From a virus, in IMG/VR virus record IMGVR_UViG_3300025237_000002, positions 32,001-96,000 of that record: a stretch of 64,000 bases of DNA. One strand, written 5' to 3'. The position numbers and the translations under genes are program-made. How positions within the stretch are numbered: the first letter of the stretch is position 1; every line of letters begins with the position of its first letter. Below, piece by piece: positions 9,000 to 18,576 of this stretch. The notes under the pieces were generated by a model that did not search any database, was not told the DNA's origin, and worked only from the letters and a program-made list of their open reading frames with translations.

Positions 9000-10034
9000 A
9001 TGGTGGAAATACAAAAAATGATTGACCCAAAAGATTATGAAATCGGAGTTGCAGTAGCTAGATTTCAAGGGAAGAGATTACACGAAGGACATAAACAAAT
9101 GCTTGACCTTATAACTAGTAATCATAATAAAGTGATTATCTTCTTAGGGGTACCTAAAATTAGTAATACGAGAAGAAATCCATTGGACTTTGCAACTCGT
9201 AGGTTAATGATTCAAAAATTATACCCTAATGTGGTAATCCTACCACAACATGACCAACGTTCTGATGAAGTTTGGTCAAGAGCATTAGACGCTCAAATAT
9301 CAACGCCATTCGGAGATGGAAAAGCTTTACTATACGGTAGTAGAGATTCATTCATACCACATTACGAAGGTAAACATACCACAACAATATTAACTGATAT
9401 TCCAAACGTAAGTGGAACTGAACTAAGAGATAAGGTAGCAAGTGAAATTCTTCCTAACTCTAGTTTTAGAGCGGGTGTTATATATGCAAATTATGCACGT
9501 AGACCAGTCACTTATTCAACCGTTGACGTAGCAATACATAACGACAAGGGTCAATTCTTATTGGCTAAAAAACCACACGAGAAGCATTGGCGATTCGTTG
9601 GTGGGTTTGTAGATAGAGAAGATGAGAGTGATGAACAAGCCGTTATTAGAGAGGCTTCGGAAGAAACCAATGGTTGTCACATAGGTAATATAAGATACAT
9701 ATTATCACAAAAAGTTGATGATTGGAGATATCGAAGAGAAGCAGATGGTATTATGACACGTTTATTCCTTACATCATATGTTTTTGGTAATCCTAAAGCA
9801 ACTGATGACCTTGCAAATGGTGGTGATTTGCAATGGCACGATATATCTTACTTCACAGAAGCTAGACGTATTGAAAATGAAATTATGCCTGAACACCAAA
9901 GTTTGATGACTCAATTAATTGAGAAAATCTATACTGATAAAATGGTTCCTAACTTGGGTAGATTCCACGTACCATTTATAGAGGAACGTGACCCTGATGC
10001 TGTAGTAGAAAACACCGAATTTATACCTAAATAA
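9000..10034 (+). CDS. nadM: bifunctional NMN adenylyltransferase / ADP-ribose pyrophosphatase (NadM-Nudix)
   Basis: ARFQ..LHEGH, RNPL, SGTELR; Nudix box GGFVD..DESDEQAVIREASEET. Confidence 0.92.
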   Translation: MVEIQKMIDPKDYEIGVAVARFQGKRLHEGHKQMLDLITSNHNKVIIFLGVPKISNTRRNPLDFATRRLMIQKLYPNVVILPQHDQRSDEVWSRALDAQISTPFGDGKALLYGSRDSFIPHYEGKHTTTILTDIPNVSGTELRDKVASEILPNSSFRAGVIYANYARRPVTYSTVDVAIHNDKGQFLLAKKPHEKHWRFVGGFVDREDESDEQAVIREASEETNGCHIGNIRYILSQKVDDWRYRREADGIMTRLFLTSYVFGNPKATDDLANGGDLQWHDISYFTEARRIENEIMPEHQSLMTQLIEKIYTDKMVPNLGRFHVPFIEERDPDAVVENTEFIPK

Positions 10035-10035
10035 T

Positions 10036-10887
10036 ATGAAAAATAAGGACACGTTTTTTAATGCTAGAGCGGCAATAGGTTTTATCTTACACAAGATATC
10101 AGATTTCAATTACGAACCAATTAAAGATTATCTTGATAATCTTGATGCCGATGTTGAAGCTGTTAAACTTCGTTTTGGTTTAGGTTTTACACATAAAAAG
10201 GTATATCTTGATTTGTTAGAAATTTATTATAAAGATAGGTGGAATGGACATTTAACCTTATATACATTACTTCACGAGATAGGACATACCCTACGTATTA
10301 AAGAAAATGAAGACCTTTTAAATATATTAGAAACTGATGATTTTGAGGTTTATTTTAATAATGTATTGATTGAAGAAGCGGCTGCACATGAATATGCGGT
10401 TAACCAATTCAAATTACTAACTGGAGTTGAACTTAACGAAGGGCTTGAAGCCTCAATGCCCGATATTAATAGTGACTCATTTAGAGAGGTGATGATGCAA
10501 GTATTTAATAAAAAACAAAACTTTGATTCTTTTGCTGAATTTGGTGAAAGTTTAATCGACAGAGATTTTGTTTTTAAAACTAAAGACCTTTCATGGAATC
10601 AGTATCCTGATGAAGAAAGACATATTAGAGCTTGTATTGCGGGGTCTTACTACAATCCATTTAATATACCTAAAGATAGTGATATGGTTATGTTTAACGC
10701 ATCTACTTTTGAAGGGACTAGGTTTGATGAAAGTACTATGGATGATTATAATGAAAAAGATGTGATGATAATGAACCCATTTAATTCAAAATATATATCA
10801 AAAGTTTCATATGAAAATGGTAAAGTGGTTGAGGCTTTTAGGGTAGAAGATAACGAATGGGTATCAGTTGATTTAAACACATTATAA
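10036..10887 (+). CDS. hypothetical protein with HExxH zincin-like motif
   Basis: TLLHEIGH followed by EE..A. Confidence 0.6.
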   Translation: MKNKDTFFNARAAIGFILHKISDFNYEPIKDYLDNLDADVEAVKLRFGLGFTHKKVYLDLLEIYYKDRWNGHLTLYTLLHEIGHTLRIKENEDLLNILETDDFEVYFNNVLIEEAAAHEYAVNQFKLLTGVELNEGLEASMPDINSDSFREVMMQVFNKKQNFDSFAEFGESLIDRDFVFKTKDLSWNQYPDEERHIRACIAGSYYNPFNIPKDSDMVMFNASTFEGTRFDESTMDDYNEKDVMIMNPFNSKYISKVSYENGKVVEAFRVEDNEWVSVDLNTL

Positions 10888-10888
10888 T

Positions 10889-11095
10889 ATGGCATTAACT
10901 TGGGAACAAATACAAGGTAAATTAAAAGCCTTTGATAAAAAGGATATAATAATATATGATGATAACCATGATGATGGTAATCAATTTATAAGTGTAGCAC
11001 ATAAGAAGGTAATTCAATTTAAAATTAGAAGACCTTTTATGAATAAATTAAAGCGTTCTGGCTACAAAATAGAAAGACGTGAAATAGAAAAATAA
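10889..11095 (+). CDS. hypothetical protein
   Basis: 68 aa ORF in operon. Confidence 0.6.
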   Translation: MALTWEQIQGKLKAFDKKDIIIYDDNHDDGNQFISVAHKKVIQFKIRRPFMNKLKRSGYKIERREIEK

Positions 11096-11098
11096 ACA

Positions 11099-11464
11099 AT
11101 GGATTTTGACAACAATATTAAAATATTAGATAAATTATTTACAAGGGTATTTGCAAACAAAAAAAGTAAGTGGAATGAATTTAGAAAATTTCATAAATTC
11201 GTCATTGATAACCTCAGTGTTGAATTATGTGATAATTTAGGTTCAATGAGTAATATCTGTAAAGTACATAATACATATTCATTGCAATTTACAGCGAAAG
11301 ATTATCTTTGGTGGGGAATGCAAAACTATAAAAAATTGAATTTATATTCAATTGATAAATTTAAAAAGGACGTGTATAATAAAATCACTCAAATGGTGGA
11401 TGATTTAAATAACGAAGATGTGACAATGGAAGTTGCTGAAGAATTATTAAAAAAACTGAGGTAA
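11099..11464 (+). CDS. hypothetical protein
   Basis: 121 aa ORF in operon. Confidence 0.65.
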   Translation: MDFDNNIKILDKLFTRVFANKKSKWNEFRKFHKFVIDNLSVELCDNLGSMSNICKVHNTYSLQFTAKDYLWWGMQNYKKLNLYSIDKFKKDVYNKITQMVDDLNNEDVTMEVAEELLKKLR

Positions 11465-11506
11465 TTAAAATAAAAAGTTGTATCTTTGCATTAACAAACA
11501 AATACT

Positions 11507-11803
11507 ATGAAATTACCTTATTACTCAAAAGAAGAAAAGAAGAATATATTGGAAGGTATGGGTTATACAGTCGAAACCATTAAAACGTTTCGTAGTGAGA
11601 ACGCATATCATAATAGAGTTGAATACACTGACACCACATCAACAGTAGCTTATAAGCCTACTACAATTAACATAGATGACTTTAAAGATAAAGAAATTTA
11701 TAAGGTGGAACAAAAAATTGGACTTAAAAATGTTTTTGAAGGGCTAGGTGAACTAGCTATGAAAACACTAATAACTAGACAAATTATTAACAATAACGTA
11801 TAA
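11507..11803 (+). CDS. hypothetical protein
   Basis: follows promoter TATCTTTG at 11481. Confidence 0.65.
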   Translation: MKLPYYSKEEKKNILEGMGYTVETIKTFRSENAYHNRVEYTDTTSTVAYKPTTINIDDFKDKEIYKVEQKIGLKNVFEGLGELAMKTLITRQIINNNV

Positions 11804-11807
11804 CATA

Positions 11808-13475
11808 ATGGAGAAAGAAAGAGGAATCACAATTAGTTCTGTAAATGAAGTGGTATTACCACAAAGAAAAGTCTTTGACACACCAAGACTATTACAAGCT
11901 GATGCTTACACTGTAGGTTCAGATGGTTTTCAATCTGTGAAAGCTAAAGAGAAATCAACTTATTATATTGTCTTCCGTAGACAACTATCAACAGTAAACC
12001 CAACCTTATATAATAAGGGTGACGATAGAATGATATTTGAAGGTCTAGGAACTTATTTAGAAAAATTATTCTACAAACCAGTTACTCACGAAGAAATTGA
12101 TACCGCTAAAGAATTCTTGAAAACGTTCAAAGCGACTTCATTAGGATTAGCTGAGTATGCTTTTCCTGAAGCTATGTGGCGTAGAGTAGTAGACGAATTC
12201 AATGGTAGACCACCAATCAAAATTAAGGCAATGCCTAACGGTTCTGTGGTTTATCCTAACGAACCAATCATACAAATAGAATCAATGGTTAACGGTATGG
12301 GTGAACTAGCCGCTTGGTTTGAGTCAACACTTCTTAAAGTGTGGGCACCTTCTGAACGTGTTACCCAAAACGAACATTGGTTATCTAAGTTGAAAAATAT
12401 GCTTAGAAAGGTTTATGGTACTACCATGAGCGAAGAAGATATTCACTTCAAAGCATCTCTTATGCTAACAGATTTCGGTGATAGAGCTGGAATGACAAAC
12501 GAAGAAAGTGAAGTATTAGGTATGGCTCACTTGTATACATTTCCAGGAACTGATAACTGCCAAGGAGCATATCAAGCATGGGAAAATGCGGGAAGAGTTC
12601 CAATCGGAAGTTCAGTTAATGCACTAGCACATAGAAATATACAAGCGTATGACGTAGAGAATGACTGTTATGAAGCGATTTATGATTTCTGTCAAAACGG
12701 AGAATTCATTTCAATGGTTTCTGACTGTTACGATTTCTACACTGCGAATGAAAAATACATACTACCTCTTGCTAAAAGAAGTATTGCGGAAGGTAACAAT
12801 AAGGTAGTTGTTTCAAGACCTGATTCAGGTAATGCGAAAGAACAAGTACTTTGGTTATGTAGATTAGCTGTAAGAAATGGTTTATACACAACTCAAGTTA
12901 TCGATGGTGTTGAATGGAAATTCGCCACATCACTTAGATTTATTGAAGGTGATGGAATGACGTGGGCTGATATGTGGGAAATCATTGAAGCTTTATTAGA
13001 AGCTGGATTTGCACCTGACGCTTGGGGATTATTCGGAGTAGGTGGTGGATTAAGAAACCCACTTAAACGTGATAACACTTCAGCAAAATATGCTTTATGT
13101 GCAAAAGGAGATGACAACGAAGGAGTTGTTAAATTCTCAGATACCCTAGGAAAGACAACACTTCCAGGACCTTTTAAAATCCTAAGAACACCTTGGGCTT
13201 TAGAAAATAAGGAAACAATCGTATTTGAACATGAAGATGGTGACGATGCAATGGTGGTTTACTTCGATGGTAGTAACATTTGGAAACCATTTGGAGTAGG
13301 ACAAGATGATAACTTCTTGGTCACTAGAGACAGAATAAGAACACAATGGGATTCAATGCCATTGAACCTTACAACTGCTACAAATCATAATTATCCAGCT
13401 TCAGAGGCTATTCTAAATGAGCGTAGAAGATTACTTAAAATTCATGCTCCTAAGAAACAAGCTAAAAACTATTAA
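11808..13475 (+). CDS. nadV: nicotinamide phosphoribosyltransferase (NAMPT/NadV family)
   Basis: ADAY, FESTLL, DFGDR, VSDCYD, RPDSG, IEGDG, FGVGGGL, RDN..AKY. Confidence 0.88.
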   Translation: MEKERGITISSVNEVVLPQRKVFDTPRLLQADAYTVGSDGFQSVKAKEKSTYYIVFRRQLSTVNPTLYNKGDDRMIFEGLGTYLEKLFYKPVTHEEIDTAKEFLKTFKATSLGLAEYAFPEAMWRRVVDEFNGRPPIKIKAMPNGSVVYPNEPIIQIESMVNGMGELAAWFESTLLKVWAPSERVTQNEHWLSKLKNMLRKVYGTTMSEEDIHFKASLMLTDFGDRAGMTNEESEVLGMAHLYTFPGTDNCQGAYQAWENAGRVPIGSSVNALAHRNIQAYDVENDCYEAIYDFCQNGEFISMVSDCYDFYTANEKYILPLAKRSIAEGNNKVVVSRPDSGNAKEQVLWLCRLAVRNGLYTTQVIDGVEWKFATSLRFIEGDGMTWADMWEIIEALLEAGFAPDAWGLFGVGGGLRNPLKRDNTSAKYALCAKGDDNEGVVKFSDTLGKTTLPGPFKILRTPWALENKETIVFEHEDGDDAMVVYFDGSNIWKPFGVGQDDNFLVTRDRIRTQWDSMPLNLTTATNHNYPASEAILNERRRLLKIHAPKKQAKNY

Positions 13476-13476
13476 G

Positions 13477-13797
13477 ATGGAACATAACGAAATTATTAAA
13501 ATCATTAACAGAAAAGTTAATTGGGAATCAAAAGAGTTAGTTAAACTAATTAAATCAGAATCAGAAAATCAAATTAAAATCAGTTTTTGTCATATTGGTG
13601 GTTATGAACTTTTAAAAGATGGGACAAAAACCGAAATCTGTACGTCATTAGAACAGGTTCAAGGTATGTTATATAATTCAGATATTGAATTTGATGAAAG
13701 TATTAAAGACCCATATATATTGGCTGATAAATATGGTGATGAATGGGGTGAAGGATATAATGATGGTGGTGGTAGTGGATGGATTGAGTGGGAATAA
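13477..13797 (+). CDS. hypothetical protein
   Basis: ATG 13477 just after NAMPT stop. Confidence 0.6.
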   Translation: MEHNEIIKIINRKVNWESKELVKLIKSESENQIKISFCHIGGYELLKDGTKTEICTSLEQVQGMLYNSDIEFDESIKDPYILADKYGDEWGEGYNDGGGSGWIEWE

Positions 13798-14003
13798 TGA
13801 ATTGGATTAAGTTTATAGAAGATGATTCCAGTACATATCCCGAAGAAGGTGTTGATGTGTTAGTAAGTGATGGTAAACGTCATGACGTTGCTTGGTATAT
13901 AATGAGTGGTGACTATAAATGGCTTAAAGATGACGTACTAAACGATGATGTAAATGATTTTAAAGATTTCATTATCACTAAGTGGTCATATATAAATGAA
14001 TAA
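13797..14003 (+). CDS. DUF551-like phage protein
   Basis: MNWIK....P..GVDVLV...W. Confidence 0.55.
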   Translation: MNWIKFIEDDSSTYPEEGVDVLVSDGKRHDVAWYIMSGDYKWLKDDVLNDDVNDFKDFIITKWSYINE

Positions 14004-14005
14004 TT

Positions 14006-14584
14006 ATGGAAGAAATAATACTGATATTAGAAACGAGTAAAGGATTCACAAAAATGAATACCACTATGAATAAAGTATGTGGTATTTTAAATACTATTGG
14101 CGACCTTAAGAATTGGCAAGTTATTAATCGTTACTCCAACACCAAGCATGACCTTATCAAGACAATTGATAGAGAATATATGCACATGAGAAAGAAAGGT
14201 TGGGATAGAATATTTTTATTCTTTGATTTACATGGAACTGTAATCAAACCTAATTATGAAGAGGGTAATGTGGAATTGAACTATTATCCCTATGCTAAGG
14301 AAACTCTTCAATTATTAACTGGTAGAGCTGACCTAGATTTAAACATCTATACTTGCTCACATCAACATGAAATAGTTGAGTATCAAAGACTTTTTAAATT
14401 GGATGGTATTCACTTCAAGTATGTGAATGAGAATCCTGATGTACAAAGTAATGGATATGGTAATTACGACATTAAACCTTATATGAATGTAATGTTTGAA
14501 GATAAGGCTGGGTTCTTCGGTGAAACCGATTGGGAACCAATATACAATCATTTTAAAGGTATATATGGAGAAAATAGTTTATGA
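14006..14584 (+). CDS. HAD-superfamily hydrolase-like protein
   Basis: FFDLHGTV, YTCS, VNENP, KPY...FEDKAG. Confidence 0.75.
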   Translation: MEEIILILETSKGFTKMNTTMNKVCGILNTIGDLKNWQVINRYSNTKHDLIKTIDREYMHMRKKGWDRIFLFFDLHGTVIKPNYEEGNVELNYYPYAKETLQLLTGRADLDLNIYTCSHQHEIVEYQRLFKLDGIHFKYVNENPDVQSNGYGNYDIKPYMNVMFEDKAGFFGETDWEPIYNHFKGIYGENSL

Positions 14585-14924
14585 TATTAATGAGGTGTTA
14601 GAGGAATACGAATGTGATTGGAGGTCAGTTTTAGAATTGAAAAACCCAACATTATTTTTCCATGAATACCCAACTAAAGATACTGATTGGGATGATGTCT
14701 ATCGAGATATGTCAGGTTGGAATGGTGCTTACGTTGGTTCAGTTTATCTTAAACTTGGTATTAAGAGAATGGATGGATGGATGTGTAAAGAGATTATGAA
14801 AGGTGAAGAAGAATCCAAGTATACAAAAGAACAAATGGAATATATGATAAAGTATAACCCACATGTTCACCCAATAATAAAAACTAATTTACTTGAAAAC
14901 TTACAAACAATTTGGAATATATGA
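14565..14924 (+). CDS. hypothetical protein
   Basis: ATG 14565 overlapping upstream gene end. Confidence 0.6.
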   Translation: MEKIVYDINEVLEEYECDWRSVLELKNPTLFFHEYPTKDTDWDDVYRDMSGWNGAYVGSVYLKLGIKRMDGWMCKEIMKGEEESKYTKEQMEYMIKYNPHVHPIIKTNLLENLQTIWNI

Positions 14925-15065
14925 ATGAAATTAAAGGTGGTGACGGTGTTTTAATAGTGGAACATTCTGGTTATTTTAAGGTATATGATTATGGTGATGA
15001 CTTATATATATTTTTAGGTCCAGATAAACAGAGTTTAAGAGATTTTACAATAAAAGAAATATATA

Positions 15066-15260
15066 ATGAGTAAAACAGCTAGAATTGAATTAGAAAATAT
15101 TAAATGTTCTGATGGTTGGACTGGATTAGCCAACGATTTAGGGTATTCAAACGAAGATGCTAGAGACATTTTCGAATACGGGGAATATGGACATATTACC
15201 ATTGAAGTTGATGAGAATTTAAATATCATTGGCGGTAAAATACATCCATTTAAAAAATGA
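15066..15260 (+). CDS. hypothetical protein
   Basis: 64 aa ORF. Confidence 0.6.
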   Translation: MSKTARIELENIKCSDGWTGLANDLGYSNEDARDIFEYGEYGHITIEVDENLNIIGGKIHPFKK

Positions 15261-15613
15261 GTGATATAGTACATTATAGAGGTATTCTATATGAGGTTCA
15301 CCCTCAAAACAACGAGACCATTCAAGAAACGGCTGAGAGATTATTCAATGAGGGAGGTCATAAAGTAAGTGATTATTCCAAAGAATTTTATAGGGGTGAT
15401 TGGGTAAGAACACTATGCGCATATGCAGAAAATTACTTCCTATTCAATTATAAACTATATATAATAAAAAAAGAGGAACTAGACCCAAATGATGATATTA
15501 TCAGTGCTTCATTCAACGAAGATGGTTCTATTGATTTTGAACTTAAATACTATAATGGCGGTGCTAGTATGCAAGAAGCATTAGAATCTGCCATGAAAAA
15601 ATTAAATCTATGA
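15257..15613 (+). CDS. hypothetical protein
   Basis: YYNGG motif; coupled to neighbours. Confidence 0.65.
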   Translation: MSDIVHYRGILYEVHPQNNETIQETAERLFNEGGHKVSDYSKEFYRGDWVRTLCAYAENYFLFNYKLYIIKKEELDPNDDIISASFNEDGSIDFELKYYNGGASMQEALESAMKKLNL

Positions 15614-16554
15614 AAAAATTCGAAGCCGTTAAAGCAATTCAAAGTACTGATGAGAACGTAATGAAATTCGTTTTCACAACCAAAAACGCTGTTGCTGAAG
15701 CAGTGTTGTATAAATACCCGACCTATGAAAAAAGAACGGTAATCTGTTGCTCAACCCAAAGTGGTTGTCCAGTAGGTTGTCGATTTTGTGGTACAGGTGA
15801 CTTCTTTGTTAGGTCATTGAAAGCCGATGAAATTGTTTATCAAGTTGACCATTGTTTAGAGAGTCAAAGTGTTGATGCTAGTAAGATTCAGAATTTCCAA
15901 ATTATGGTTATGTCAATGGGTGAACCAATGCTTAACTATAAGGAGTTAGAGAAAGCTTTTCGTATTTTAAATGAAAAGTATCCACAAGCTAAATTATTAA
16001 TCAGTACAGTAGGTCCAAAGGTGAATTACGAACCTCTTATGGCTCTTGCTGAAGAAATAGATACCATTGGATTACAATTTTCTGTACATGAAAGCACCGA
16101 TGAAAAAAGAGATGCTTTAATCCCATTCAAGAGTAAACTTACCCTTGAAGAAATATCAATGGTTGGTGAAGTGTTTTTAGCTCGTACAGGTCGTAAACCA
16201 TTTTATAATTACTGCGCTCATGATGACAATTCGTCAGATGAAGATGCTGATAGAATTACCGAATTGTTTAACCCTGATGTTTTTGAGGCGACCATTTCAG
16301 TAATTTGTGAAAAAGATGAAAGTGTTTCGGCATCAAATATAAGGCAACAAACCCTAGCCAATGACTTCAACCAAAAACTAACCGATAGAGGGTTCTCAAC
16401 AAGAACATTTGACCCAGCTGGTCAAGATGATATTGGTGGTGGTTGTGGGCAATTATGGTTTGTTCAAGATTGGATGAAAAAGAATCCAGAATATGCGAGA
16501 AAATCAGTAGGATTTGGATTGGAAGATATTCATGCACCACAAGAACTAGAATAA
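15610..16554 (+). CDS. RlmN/Cfr-family radical SAM RNA methyltransferase-like protein
   Basis: CCSTQSGCPVGCRFC (CxxxCxxC), MSMGEP, LQFSVH, DIGGGCGQL. Confidence 0.88.
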   Translation: MKKFEAVKAIQSTDENVMKFVFTTKNAVAEAVLYKYPTYEKRTVICCSTQSGCPVGCRFCGTGDFFVRSLKADEIVYQVDHCLESQSVDASKIQNFQIMVMSMGEPMLNYKELEKAFRILNEKYPQAKLLISTVGPKVNYEPLMALAEEIDTIGLQFSVHESTDEKRDALIPFKSKLTLEEISMVGEVFLARTGRKPFYNYCAHDDNSSDEDADRITELFNPDVFEATISVICEKDESVSASNIRQQTLANDFNQKLTDRGFSTRTFDPAGQDDIGGGCGQLWFVQDWMKKNPEYARKSVGFGLEDIHAPQELE

Positions 16555-16559
16555 ATCTT

Positions 16560-17093
16560 ATGTTAGATAAATTAAAACAAATAGAGAGTAAAGAATTACG
16601 TGACCTTTTATTGGACTCTGATAACTGGAATACGTTAGATGTGGACTATACACCACCTCGTGTTGAGAGATTATGGATGCAATATGACGATGAACATCGA
16701 TTATTGATACATAAGATTCATCCATGTACCAAAGAGGAAGCGTTATTTCACCCACACCCTTGGAAATCAGCGGTTCACGTACTACCAGTTGGTGGTGGAT
16801 ATGGACATAGTGTTGGTGTTATGAATATGTTTGGTGATAAACATATTCATTGTGAAATGGAGGTTCATGGTGAGATGTATTACGAGATGTTAAAACAGGT
16901 TACTTGTCATTCAGTTAGACCAATAGGTTTTCCAGTTTATACAGTAATGTTGATAGGTAAACCAATCTGGAAATGCAATGAGGAAACGTTTCAATATACC
17001 CTAAAAGTTAAGCCAACTGATTTGAAACCTTTAAACGATAAAGCTAAAAAAGAGCTTTTAGAAGTGGTAAGCAAACACTTTCAATTTAGATAA
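16560..17093 (+). CDS. cupin-like protein
   Basis: LFHPHPW...HSVRP; start at ATG 16560. Confidence 0.55.
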   Translation: MLDKLKQIESKELRDLLLDSDNWNTLDVDYTPPRVERLWMQYDDEHRLLIHKIHPCTKEEALFHPHPWKSAVHVLPVGGGYGHSVGVMNMFGDKHIHCEMEVHGEMYYEMLKQVTCHSVRPIGFPVYTVMLIGKPIWKCNEETFQYTLKVKPTDLKPLNDKAKKELLEVVSKHFQFR

Positions 17094-17101
17094 AATAAGA
17101 T

Positions 17102-17458
17102 ATGAAAAAATTTATAGTAGTAATTAAACAACATGGTGAAGGTTGTGGCTATATGATAGCTTGCGGTCAAAAGACAGTTGAAATAGAGGCTAAGGATATC
17201 GAACAAGCTGGTCAGAGATTCATTTCAATGATGAGATGTTTTGAGGATGATGACGTATCTTGGACTAAAGATTATGGTGGTTATTATGATGAAAATTCAT
17301 TAGAAAGTGCTGTTATACATGAGGTTATTGATACTAAAAAAATTGACACTGCTGGTGTTTATGCAGCGTTAGTAACTGAGGAATGTAAAGCATTAGTTGC
17401 TGAACAAAATAAGGCTGAAAAGGTAGAGTATGAACGTTTAAAAAAGAAATTTGGATGA
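17102..17458 (+). CDS. hypothetical protein
   Basis: 118 aa, GEGCGY.IACG motif. Confidence 0.65.
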   Translation: MKKFIVVIKQHGEGCGYMIACGQKTVEIEAKDIEQAGQRFISMMRCFEDDDVSWTKDYGGYYDENSLESAVIHEVIDTKKIDTAGVYAALVTEECKALVAEQNKAEKVEYERLKKKFG

Positions 17459-17838
17459 AAAATATATTTAAGAATAACTTTGGATTAACTAAGTCTAAAT
17501 TTAAAGGAAGTGGTAAAAGTACTATCTCAATAAATGGTAAATCCTATGTTGGAAATAACGTTACCGTTGCTGGTAATAAGGTCTACATCGATGGTAAATT
17601 ATCGGACGGTGAAGAGTCTAAAGAAATCACTATTATTGTTGATGGAAACATAGATAAATTAGATGTTGACGTAGCTAATCAAATTAGAGTTAATGGTGAT
17701 GTTAAATCACTTAAAACAACTTCAGGTGATGTAGAGGTTTATGGTAATGTTGATGGAAACGTTAAAACTATGAGTGGTGACGTAGAATGCAAATCGATTG
17801 CTGGTGACGTAGAAACAATGAGTGGAGATATAAATTAA
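17455..17838 (+). CDS. beta-solenoid repeat protein (DUF4097-like)
   Basis: repeated T[TM]SGDV units. Confidence 0.7.
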   Translation: MKNIFKNNFGLTKSKFKGSGKSTISINGKSYVGNNVTVAGNKVYIDGKLSDGEESKEITIIVDGNIDKLDVDVANQIRVNGDVKSLKTTSGDVEVYGNVDGNVKTMSGDVECKSIAGDVETMSGDIN

Positions 17839-17843
17839 AGAAA

Positions 17844-18533
17844 ATGAAAATAGCCGTATTTACTGGAGCTGGAATCAGCCAAGAAAGTGGGATAGCCACT
17901 TATAGAGACCATGAAGATGGTATGTGGTATGAGTATCATACTGAGGAAGTTGCAAGCGCAGAAGCTTGGAAGAATACACCTGAAAAGGTATTAGAATTTC
18001 ATAATGTTATGCGTGGAAAGTGTCGTAATGTAGAAGCTAATATAGCCCACGAAGCTCTAGCTAAACTTGAAGAGAAACACGAGGTTACGATTGTAACCCA
18101 AAACGTTGATGACTTACACGAGAAAGGTGGTTCAACCAACGTATTACATATTCATGGTGAGATAATGAAAGGTAGAGATAGCTTTGATAAAATATTAGAC
18201 CTTGAAGGTGATTTGAATATAGGTGACAAAGATGAATATGGTGAACAAATCCGACCACATACCGTTTTATTCGGTGAAGAACCATTTCATTGGTTTGAGG
18301 CTTTGAATGCAATCAACGATGCTGACGTATTTTTGATTATAGGAACATCATTCTCAATAGGTTACACAATGTTCATATTAGGTGCTTGTAAGTCTGATTG
18401 TAAAGTGATTTACATTGACCCTAAACCAGATTTAGGTATTCACCATGCTGGTAGTGATGATGTTGAGTTGATATATGCTAAGGCGACTAAAGGAGTGCCA
18501 GCAACAGTAGATAAATTAATGAAAAATACTTAA
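17844..18533 (+). CDS. cobB: Sir2/CobB-family NAD-dependent deacylase
   Basis: FTGAGISQESGIATYR, TQNVDDLHE, HIHG, RPH.VLFGE, IGTS. Confidence 0.92.
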   Translation: MKIAVFTGAGISQESGIATYRDHEDGMWYEYHTEEVASAEAWKNTPEKVLEFHNVMRGKCRNVEANIAHEALAKLEEKHEVTIVTQNVDDLHEKGGSTNVLHIHGEIMKGRDSFDKILDLEGDLNIGDKDEYGEQIRPHTVLFGEEPFHWFEALNAINDADVFLIIGTSFSIGYTMFILGACKSDCKVIYIDPKPDLGIHHAGSDDVELIYAKATKGVPATVDKLMKNT

Positions 18534-18576
18534 CGATTCGTTAGGTTATATCAATTATGTTTAGTATCTTTGTCGT

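Noticed and set aside
17844-18533. Sir2 as a defence-type NADase (ThsA/DSR)
   Set aside because: Length and motifs match stand-alone CobB-type deacylases, with no sensor domain
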